Assembly: GCF_006345805.1 (NCBI RefSeq)
Contig: NC_043002.1
Coordinates: forward strand, 17,360,001-17,424,000
Reading direction: 5' to 3'
Length of the DNA: 64,000 bases
Origin: Octopus sinensis
Taxonomy: Eukaryota
Shown: positions 53,823 through 64,000 of the stretch, in pieces
How the letters are laid out: each line of letters starts with the position of its first letter
How positions within the stretch are numbered: position 1 is the first letter of the stretch
Program-made: the position numbers and the translations under genes
Notes under the pieces: generated by a model
The model's input: the letters and a program-made list of their open reading frames with translations, nothing else
Database searches by the model: none
Told to the model about the DNA's origin: nothing

Positions 53823-53826
<4 letters not shown>
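53590..53826 (-). mobile_element. Hammerhead-bearing insert in (TA)n (Penelope-like terminus relic)
   Basis: Bounded by TA repeats on both sides; contains the hammerhead at 53640-53730. Confidence 0.7.
53640..53730 (-). ncRNA. Minimal type I hammerhead ribozyme; predicted GUA cleavage between 53649 and 53648
   Basis: Reverse complement atttcttc-CTGAAGA-gaaagacacaat...attgtgcctttc-GAAA-cacgtg-TA-gaatgaaat. 11 of 12 bp stem II, palindromic stem III. Confidence 0.8.
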
Positions 53827-53884
<58 letters not shown>

Positions 53885-53975
53885 AGGGATAAAAATCACA
53901 GAAATTATTATTATCAGGTAGTCAGCATGGAAATAAGCAATCTATATATTAAATTAGTAACTATATATATATATA

Positions 53976-55259
53976 CGAGGGACGTTCAATAAGTAATGCC
54001 TCTGACCCACTTCCAGGTGCTTGATCTAGATGAAATTTTGCATGTGCAATTACGTATAGCTCTATAGATTAGGTGGCAAATTACAGCTCTGAACTAATTA
54101 TGGTTTCTGATTTACAGGTGTTTGAACTGAGTCAAGTGTGAAATGGAGCCTGTTGAGTGTCGAGCAGTGATCCGGTTTTTGTATTTGAAAGGACGCACAC
54201 CACGGGAGACTTTTGATGAAATGAAAGTAACTTATGGTGATGATGCCCCATCATATGACCTTGTAAAACGCTGGCATCGTGAATTCAAACATGGTCGGAA
54301 CTCTGTGAAAACAGCTCCCAGATCTGGCCGACCCCCTTCTGCAATTGATGAGGCATCTGTCCGTCAAGTTGAGGCTGCCATTTTGGAAGATCGACGCATA
54401 ACTATTCGCCAAATATCCCATGAGGTCAGATTAGTACCGGGTCAGTGGAAACTATCATTCATGACCATTTGCATATGCAAAAGGTGTCTGCCAGATGGAT
54501 TCCCAGGTTGCTCACGCCTTTCCAGAAGCAAGAACGCGTCGAGTGCTCGAGGATGAATTTGGAGACGTACCAAGAAGATGAGTCAAACTTTTTCAAAAGA
54601 CTGATTTCACAGGATGAAACCTGGGTCCATCACTATGATCCAGAGACCAAAGCCCAGTAAATGCAGTGGAAGCACCGTGACTCACCTCCTCCAAAGAAGG
54701 CAAGGGTGCAGCGCTCCGCTGGCAAGGTCATGCTCACAGTCTTCTGGGATCAGGACGGAGTAGTGATGACAGATTTCCTGGCAAAGGGTACCACAATTAC
54801 AGGAGCCTATTATGCTTCCCTTTTGAGGAAATTAAGAGAAGCTATCAAAATCAAGAGGCGGGGCAAGATCAGCGAAGGCATCCTCCTCCTGCAGGACAAC
54901 GCTCCGGTCCACAACTCGCGTGTCGCCAGATCAGAAGCACAGGCGCGGGGCTATGAACTCCTCCCCCACCCCCCAACACTCCTGACCTCGCACCCTCTGA
55001 TTTTCACCTCTTCCCAAGTTGTTTTTGAAAAGAAAGCGTTTCCCAGATGATGCAGCCTTGATTTCTAAAGTCACGTCGTGGTTGGAGGACTAAGCTGGGG
55101 TCTTTTACAAAAACGGTCTCCAGAGCTGGATCAAACGATGGGAGAAATGCGTAACTCTGAGCGGTTCCTATGTAGAAAAACACCAATAACTGTGCCAAGT
55201 TCCGTTGCTCTACTGGTATGGGAAGTGGGTCAGGGGCATTACTTATTGAACGCCCCTCG
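53976..55259 (+). mobile_element. Near full-length mariner (DD34D, irritans-like) in a TA tract
   Basis: TIRs cgagggacgttcaataagtaatgcc / ggcattacttattgaacgcccctcg with TA TSD; ~1.28 kb. Confidence 0.95.
54143..55190 (+). pseudogene. Mariner transposase pseudogene (frameshifts, stop at 54658-54660)
   Basis: MEPVECRAVIRF...RSGRP, WIPR, DETWVHHYDPE, QDNAPVH and frameshifted PDLAPSDFHLF across three ORF pieces. Confidence 0.9.
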
Positions 55260-55320
<61 letters not shown>

Positions 55321-55784
55321 CATTTTGCGAAAGAAAGTAGAAACGTAACGCTTCTTCTCCATACAGCATGTATGTCTAAAGATTACGAAGCTACCGAGAA
55401 AACTCCATAAATGTATGCGATTGAAAGCGAGTTAGTGAGAAGAAGTTTAAAAAAGACACTACATTAATTGCGACTTAATAAACTTCACAATTAAAATCTT
55501 AAATAGATTTTCTTCCAATCATGAGCACAATATATGTTAAAATATACGAACGAGTATTAGTACATGTATCGCATAGCTGTACAAAGCGAGTTTGTACATC
55601 TATACTATACACAAAGACTTGGAAATATAGATTCGTAAAAGTCAAGATGTCTTTTTTAAATACCTTCTCACTAGTCTGCTTTCATTCGCATTTATTTAAG
55701 GAGCTTTGCTCGGTTGCTTCGAGATGTTTAGACATTCAGCCAGTATGGAAGAGACAAGTCATGCTGAGACCTTCTACACTAATA

Positions 55785-56187
55785 AGGTTGTGTGGTAAGC
55801 AAATTGTTTACTAACCATATGGTTCCGGGTTCATATCTACAGCGTGGCACTTTGGGCAAGTGTCTTCTATTACATCCTCGGGCTGAGGAGAAGACTTTTG
55901 AGTGGATTTGGTAGACGTCAACTGAAAGAAGCCCATCGTATATATGTATATATATTTGTGTATGTGTGCTTATATGTTTGTGTGTCTGTGTTTGACCCCT
56001 CCCCCCCAACATCGTTTATATGTTTGTGTGTCTGTGATTACGTCCTCGTAACTTCGCGGTTCTGCAAAAGTGACCGACACAATAAGTACTATAAGCTTAC
56101 AAAGAATAAGTCCTGGGGTGGATTGCTCGACTAAAGGCGGTGCTCCAGTATGGCCGCAGTCAAATGCTTGAACAAGTAAAAGAGTAA
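55785..56187 (+). mobile_element. SINE family A
   Basis: Colinear with 22671-23082. Confidence 0.88.
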
Positions 56188-56294
56188 TATATATATATAT
56201 ATATATATAATATATATATATTATACATCTAATATAGGATAATTTGTTTTTCCGAAAAAAATTATATATATTACCTATTGTGAATTCCATTCTG

Positions 56295-56553
56295 TGAAGG
56301 CGCATGGCTCAGTGGTTATAGCGAAGAACTTACGATCGTGCGGTTGTGAGTTCGATTCCCGGACTGGGCTGCGTGTTGTGCTCTTGAGCAAGACACTTTC
56401 TTTCACGTTGCTCGAGCTCACTCAGCTGTAGAAATGCGTTGCGACATCAATGGTGCCAAGCTGCGTCGTCTTTTGCCTTTCCCTTAGATAACATCAGTGG
56501 TGTGGAGAGGGGAGGCTGGTATGCATGAGCGACTGCTGGTCTTCCACAAACAA
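56295..56553 (+). mobile_element. tRNA-derived SINE sharing head and core with family D but with a different tail
   Basis: tggctcagtggtt A box, gagttcgattccc B box, cttgagcaagacactt...ttcacgttgctc...actcagctg core. Confidence 0.75.
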
Positions 56554-56727
56554 TGGAACAGCAATAGGAAAAAATTTAATCTACATTTACAAGTGTGCAC
56601 ATTCTCTCTCAACGAATTTCATCTTATCTATAAAGGCGTCCTCAGCTGCACCAATGTTTTTGACATAACTAAGAGTCACGAATGGAAATGCGTACGTAAG
56701 TCTACACTTCAGTACCATAGGAAATTT

Positions 56728-56946
56728 ATTACTCTTTCTCTTTTTACTCTTTTACTTGTTTCAGTCATTTGACTGCGGCCATGCTGGAGCACCGCCTTTA
56801 GTCGAGCAAATAGACCCCGAGACTTATTCTTTGTAAGCCCAGTACTTATTCTATCGGTCTCTTTTGCCGAACCGCTAAGTGACGGGTACGTAAACACACC
56901 AGCATCGGTTGTCAAGCAATGCTTGGGGGACAAACACAGACACACA

Positions 56947-56985
<39 letters not shown>

Positions 56986-57147
56986 GACAGGCTTCTTTCA
57001 GATTCCGTCTACCAAATCCACTCACAAGGCATTGGTCGGCCCGGGGCTATAGCAGAAAGCACTTGCCCAAGATGCCACGCAGTGGGACTGAACCCGGGGC
57101 CATGTGGTTGGTTAGCAAGCTACTTACCACACAGCCACTCCTGCTCC
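56728..57147 (-). mobile_element. SINE family A, full length, little diverged
   Basis: Close reverse complement of 22671-23082, including the (ttttactc) tail. Confidence 0.9.
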
Positions 57148-60100
57148 TTGTTTCTTTATGGGGGAAAAGTTTTGATAATTTGCAATATATTTAGTTCGTA
57201 TTTATTGTAGAATGCGTATTAAACCTGATTATTTTTGCAACCTACTTGAATCTAAAATCTACCCATGTCTATATTTTCTTCCTGTCTTGATTATAAATGT
57301 ATTTCCTACTTAACAATCTCCCATTAGCTCGAGACGAGATATTTCCACAATAGTATATAGAGAGAAATTTACTTACTGCTTGCAAGAGTCTTATAATTTC
57401 TCTATATTTGGTTATGACACAAAGTAAAATTGTAGATACTATTAGAGGTATTATTGTTAACATCACCGCCATTAATAATTTATGCATCATATATCATCTG
57501 CTTACCTCTATACAAAACACATTAACAACTTATTAAGTTTCTATGCGAGATATATTTCATTCCTTCCACCTTACGCGGCATTGATGATCAAAAAATATAA
57601 TGGATTAATTGTTTTTGCTAATGCTAATCTTGTTTTCCTCATCTGCATCTTATCATCATGTCATATAAAATATTTTCATACGTATTATTATTAAAAATCT
57701 CTTGCGGCATATTGTAAAAGCTAATAACTAAGTACGTAATATTTTTATAAGATTTCAATGAAATTTCAAAGCTGGTTTAATTTTATAAATTTAAAGAAAT
57801 TTTGTAATTCCAATATAGTATAATTTAATTCATTCACCAATAAACGTCACAGCTGTATACAAAACATAAATTATACATCGTATATGTTAAAAAATTTTAG
57901 AATAGACTTATAAATTTTAATCTATTCATCCTCCAAAACCTTTATTAATTTTTTTCTATCAAGAAGAAGTAACCAATACTAATTTGTATAATACAAAATT
58001 TTAACTTTCATTCCTTCAATTTCAATAATCGTAATATTCAACTTACTTGTCTGAGAAATTAATTTAATGCAAATCTTTTTTTTTCCCACAAAACTAGATA
58101 TATTTCTGTCTGTGACAAAACTAGATATATTTCTGTCTGTGATATGTTACCTTGTGTTCTCCTATCTCTTCATTTGTAATTCGTGCTGAGTGCGCAATTA
58201 AGATTGCTTCTGCAACTTTCGCGTCAGACCACCGTGTAATACTTCCTTCCATGTGTTGGATAGTGGTGGATTTCGATGTGGACTTTTTATTTAAATTACC
58301 TACCGATGTCATGAGTTTATTTTTGGATACAAAGGATGACTAAGAGTGGGTTTTCTTATTTATATTCATACACATCCTCCACACATTGTTTCATTGTTGC
58401 TTCATGTATAAAACTACTTCCCTAATTTTGCAATTTTTAAGATATCTGTTGACATATTTGATATTCGATATATTCTCAAGAAAATGTGTGATTGCACTCA
58501 ATCTAATATACATATAAACAAAATATTTCTGACATAGTGAATCTATTTTAAATGTTAATCTACTAAACTGTCTATTTACAGTTTCTGGTGAAATTTAATG
58601 GCGACAACAAATATTGAAGTACATCTATTTTTGACTTTGTAAAACCAAATCTCACCTTTACATCGAACAGCATCTCCATCGGTTGAGCAACCGATAGAAC
58701 ATGTGCCACTCACAGATCCATCTTTCCCGTTTTATTGTTTCGTTTAGCTAAGCTTATTAGGTGAACTTTGTGAGTTTTGTCTTACATTGAGTTTTTACAT
58801 TCGTTATTGGTTTTTTGTTTATATTAAAAAATAAAGAAAATGGATATAATTTGTGATACCAGTGAGAGGTGTCTAATGTTAATTTGTTTTATCTCTTTTC
58901 TTTCCGTCATTTCTAAAAATTGTTCCAAGAAATGTGTGAAAATTAAAATAGCTTTTTGGTTATTATTTGAAGATAATATATGAGGCTGTTAATGCGAATG
59001 CTTTTGTCGTCCATTGTCTTAAGTATTCTATATGGTTTGTACTGTGTTTTGCTTATGCTTGACACAAATGCTAGCATCGACGCTTATTTTTTGTAGCATC
59101 ACTTGATGTTCTGTCGTTTTTCTATATAAATTTTGGAATTGCTTTGAATATATATAAATCGTGTATTTGTTAGTGACAGACCAAATACTTTTGTAGTTTT
59201 ATATATAATTCAGTTGTGTTTATTTATATATGTATTTGAATTCTTGCTTCATCCATATAACTTAACACAGTCCCGTTCTTACGGTAGAAGTAGAAATTGA
59301 GACTAATGTTTTTATGTATCAAGAATCTATCGCTCGAATGCCATTTTATTATGATTTTTCTTTTCTTTTCTAGCAGAGAACATTCTGTATTAATTTATTC
59401 TGCATAGATTTCAGTGACTGGGTAGTAGCTACACACACACACACTGGGTAGTAGCTACAAGTCAGCACATTGTGAAACCTGTTGTAGAAAATACAAAATG
59501 ATTCAGACAACGTACAAATGTCTGGCATGAAAATATATTAAGTCGTATCATAAATATTTACCATACTATATTGGTATCTAATGGAAGATATTCTATTCGA
59601 TATTCATACGTGTATTGGTGTGTGTGTCTGTCTGTCTGTGACTCTGTGTATGTAGGTATGTAAGTATGTATATATCTATAAATGTATGCATGTATGTATA
59701 CATCAATCTATTTCTGAATTATAACTGCTTGTATTATATATGCATGTGTACCTTACTGTGCACGATATCACGTGTGACTACCGGCATAAAATCAAGAAGA
59801 AAATATGTATTAATATCTGGAAAATATGTCGATCATATATAATGTATAATAATACAGACACTGTTCAAATGAACATCCATTTAGAATGAGACATAATAGT
59901 GACACATAAAGTCTATATATGCTTCGATTCATTTTGTATATTTGCTTATGAGTTATATATATAGACTTCAGGCAGTCTAGCGTATAATTGCACATACCTT
60001 AGAGTATAAGCCATGACATATACTGAATAAGAGAAAACTAATATATATTGCATATCTCCATGCACCAATACATTTGAGGGGGTACATAGCACAATTAAAT

Positions 60101-60237
60101 TTTGCACCATTTCCTGGAAAATCAGATAGCTTTGCTTGACATTCTAAAGAAGCGTTCATATCAAAGATTTGCAAGAAATCTGTGTATGTGTATGTGCGCA
60201 CGTATGAGTGCATATACATATGTGTTTCTCAATAATT

Positions 60238-60273
<36 letters not shown>

Positions 60274-60429
60274 ATATATATATATGCCTGTATGTGTGTG
60301 CTTTCATAACTATTATCTACTCATACATGCGTATCCATTAAAGCGCATATTCCACTAAGTATGTGTGTGAGAGTGTGTGCATATAATTATGTATCCATAT
60401 ATATGAATATATATATATGTATGTGTGTG

Positions 60430-60475
<46 letters not shown>

Positions 60476-60479
60476 CAAA

Positions 60480-60980
60480 TATAAAATAAATATAAGAGAG
60501 TGGTCACTATATTGCTCACTCTAGCACCAGTTAATCCAAAGGTTTCAACCACGAAAATACATGTTTCCCATGGAAGCCAGTACGACTGTTAGCTCACACG
60601 GACAGGGCAAATAAAAAATAACAAAATACAGATTATTTTGGGACAATTGTTTCGCTATAATGAATTAAATGTAATATTACTTACAAAAAATCCATTTGTA
60701 GCTCGTCAGCCAAGACTATCTGGATGAAATCCACTCAATCACACGCCAGATTTTACCATAACGATAAATACGCGTGTGGTTCAATTGATTACATCCGACG
60801 TTATAATTCAAATGCCCAAACCAACAGCGCGCCAAACTTTCACGGAAAACAAATACAGCATTTAGAAATAATGCAGCATAATTATAATTAATTAATAAGG
60901 GTGAGAGAATTAGATACTAATTTAATAGTATATTTATTCAACACCAAGTGGCCTAAAATATAAATATTTTATATAAACCT
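60480..60980 (-). mobile_element. Hammerhead-bearing ~500-bp element between microsatellites (Penelope-like terminus relic)
   Basis: Contains the hammerhead at 60629-60722. Segment 60898-60962 resembles 16715-16775 (agggtgag...gatatta/ctaatttaat...cacca-gtgg-cta). Confidence 0.6.
60629..60722 (-). ncRNA. Type I hammerhead ribozyme with canonical GUC site; predicted cleavage between 60642 and 60641
   Basis: Reverse complement cagatagtcttgg-CTGACGA-gctacaaatggat...aattcattatagc-GAAA-caattg-TC-ccaaaataatctg. Long imperfect stem I; G-C closing pair in stem II. Confidence 0.82.
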
Positions 60981-62149
60981 GTGTGCGTCTATGTGCCTGT
61001 GCCTGTGTGTGTGTGTTTCTGTGTATGTATGAGGATTTATGCATATATGTGTACATTTGTCCATATATAAGTATACATCCCTGCACATATTCCTCTACGA
61101 GTGCCTGTTTCAGCATGTCCATATATTTCTGTATCCATATATTATGCGCACATACGTACATATATATCTTAAGTACAAATATACAGATAACCTATAGTAA
61201 ACCAAATGAAAAGCATTATATATGGATATTAGATTTTGCCACCACTTTGGGCTTAAGAAACCTGATCAGTGACATTAGTAGTGGGATATTCAAACTTACA
61301 TCTTTGGCTGGTAGCATATTATTACAATTATGTTATAGCTTATTTCGCCTAATTTTTATGTCACCGACATTCCCAACATTGCCTTAGTTTTAGCGAAAAT
61401 ATTAGTCACGTATGTTTAGACATTTTCTATACAATATACGTAGATTTTCCTCCACTAAGCACAGTTCAGAGATATAAATTCAACGCTAGCATGAAAGATG
61501 TAATATATCAGAACCAACTCGAACGACAGTTGTTACTTGCATGTTCAAAATCACCAGTGAATACTAACGTGAAGCAGAGAAGTGAAGATGGCAATAATTC
61601 TAATTCTACATGTCACCTCAGCCATAAAACTTTAATCAAACATATGGAGAACAGCAATAAAGTAAACTTATCTTATTACATTTTGCTCTCGAAAAAGCAA
61701 GACGCTCGCTTTCCCATCTACTAGTAAATAGTAGAGGGGATTAGAAAATGCATAATTCGGTCTACAATGTATGACCTATGAGCAGCTGGTAAAGTGATAA
61801 TGTTTACTTTACTGATTTGTATTTATAATATGTAAAAAGAAAATTAACACGGATATATGCAAACATTCTAGAAATGCCAAGCAACAACGTATCACTTACA
61901 AATTGACCTACATTACATCGTATATTTATGTAAGTTACTTCACCTGTCACCTATTTTCTACAGAATTCCGTGATCGTTATGAACCTCATATCCGACAGAC
62001 AGGTATTTCGTGTGAACTTCCAACGTGTCATTACCGATACTTCTAACTGTAATTGTAATCTAATGGAAAGTATCCGGTTTAAGCCTAGAAAGTTAATATA
62101 CATACACAAATATATACATCTATCGATACATACATACAGACATATATAT

Positions 62150-62222
62150 ATATATATATATACAGTCACACATATATATGTATGTATATATATATATATA
62201 TATATATATACAGTCACACATA

Positions 62223-62269
<47 letters not shown>

Positions 62270-62278
62270 TCACACATA

Positions 62279-62330
<52 letters not shown>

Positions 62331-62342
62331 CACAGTCACACA
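62150..62342 (+). repeat. Compound minisatellite: cagtcacaca spacer repeated four times within (TA)n
   Basis: tatacagtcacacatatatatg units with variable TA length. Confidence 0.85.
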
Positions 62343-62821
62343 CCTGTGTTTGTGTGTATTAGTGTATGAGTACGTACGTTTGTGGATGTGTGTGTGTGAT
62401 TGTGTGTGTTTGTAAGTATACTCGCATGAACAGATGTACATAGTTATATGTATATACTCGTGTGCGTTTCCGATTCTGTTGAGATCGGCGAGTGTCCAGG
62501 GGCTGTATGACTAAATGTTTCTGCTGCGCGATGACGTGTTCCTTCTCAGTGGGTTGTATGATTAGAAAGCGAATGCCCCATACCCTCGGGCCAGTCCATA
62601 CGTGATTAGTGAAACTGCTTATACGGAAACTCTAATCTCTCTCTCTCGTGTTTATAATCTTTCCACGTATTTAACTTGCTGCGACAATTACACTTCTCTC
62701 TTGTCACTACTTACACTTAGCCGTACTATTGTTCCACACCTCCAGCTCCTGAATTACATAGGACGCGATTACATTGTATACAAATCGAGACATCTTTCTT
62801 TCTCTAAATTTCTACTCATTC

Positions 62822-62841
62822 ATTTCTTGTTGTTTCCTCCT

Positions 62842-62884
<43 letters not shown>

Positions 62885-63251
62885 ATCTCTCCCTCTTTCT
62901 TTCTCTGTTCCCCTTCGTCACTTTCTCCCTTTCGCGCACTCACTCTCTCCTTTCTATTTCACTATTGCTCCCCTCATGTCCTTCACCTAATTCAACCAAA
63001 CTCTTTCATTTTGCTCCTACTTAATAAACTCTACATCCGTCTTCTCTTTGTACATCTACACATTTCCTCTGTACTTTTCTTTTTGTTTTCTTCCTTCAAG
63101 TCTTCCCTTTTCTTTCCTGTCTCCCAGCTCCTTTCCTCGCCTTCTCTAATTCTTCCCTCACTTTCTTTTGTTCTTTTTCATCCCCTCATTTTACCAGTTA
63201 TTCTACTACCTCCCAAATCATTCTCTCTCTTTCTCTCTGTCTCTCTCCCTA

Positions 63252-63300
<49 letters not shown>
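62822..63300 (+). repeat. Long pyrimidine-rich (CT)n tract
   Basis: Direct inspection. Confidence 0.9.
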
Positions 63301-63473
63301 GTGTGTGTGTAAGTTAAACATTTTCTGAATAACCCATCGTCCCTTCTTTTTTATAACTTCTTAAAACTTCACCCCGTTAAATCCGAGCAGCATATGCTAC
63401 TTCTGTTCATGTATCTATTTATTCAACTATCTACTGATTTTTATGTAAGGAATTTCACTTAGACAATTTTTGA

Positions 63474-64000
63474 GTTAGTTAGTTAGTTAGTTAGTTAATT
63501 TTTTGGCTCAAAAAGCAAAAAGCAAGGCCATGTAAGGGGACATGGAGTTACGTACAGGGTGGTATTTATGTAAAGAGTTCAGGCCACTTGAGCTCAAGGG
63601 AGTCTTTGAACTGAGCGGTCGTCGGCATCTTCACCAACTCGTCTGGCAGCTTATTCCACGGATCCACAATCCGGACGGAGAAAGCCCTTCTCCTTCGATT
63701 GAGATGAAATCGTCGCAGATAGAGCTTTTCGGAATGACACCGCAGCCGACGCTCTGGAGCAGGAATGAAGAACAGCTCTTTCGAGAGGCTAAACTTTCCG
63801 CTTGTGATGTGAGCAAGAATGAGATCTCCACGGCGTCGTCGTTTTTCTAGAGAATAAAGGTCGAGCGTCTTCAGCCTTTCTTCATAAGACAAATTCTTGA
63901 GACCAAGAACCATGCGGGTAGCCAGCTTCTGGACTATTTCGAGATGCTGTATGTCTTTGAGGAGATAAGGAGAAAAGGCTTGAATCCCGTACTCCAATAT
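63474..64000 (-). mobile_element. 3' end of a second CR1-group LINE, same family as 51075-52550, running off the window
   Basis: ORF 63566-63997 EYGIQAFSPYLLKDIQHLEIVQKLATRM...RRRRGDLI...AFSVRIVDPWNKLP; same 3' UTR and (ttag)n tail. Confidence 0.92.

Noticed and set aside
58088-59459. Short direct duplications (~26 bp at 58088-58142; 17 bp around (CA)n at 59418-59459)
   Set aside because: Ordinary slippage duplications with no evidence of function.

Overview
AT-rich eukaryotic non-coding DNA (intergenic or a very large intron), dense in (TA)n, (CA)n, (CT)n, (TATG)n and (GATA)n microsatellites. I find no intact host protein-coding gene; nearly all listed ORFs are microsatellite translations. 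The repeat complement suggests a coleoid cephalopod, probably Octopus (inference from recall, no search run). It comprises about 20 tRNA-derived SINE copies in four families, non-LTR retrotransposon relics (Tx1/L1-like, two R4/Dong-like, two CR1-like), five mariner relics including one near-full-length copy, and a hAT MITE. The most notable signal is a set of short non-coding elements in or beside (TA)n tracts that carry minimal type I hammerhead ribozyme folds with palindromic stem III: canonical cores at 2200-2288 (+), 53640-53730 (-) and 60629-60722 (-), a U3-A8 core variant at 28621-28664 (+), and eroded copies. Several long fold-back palindromes occur in the same context. These resemble Penelope-like-element termini or retrozyme-like non-autonomous elements; ribozyme activity is predicted from structure only.
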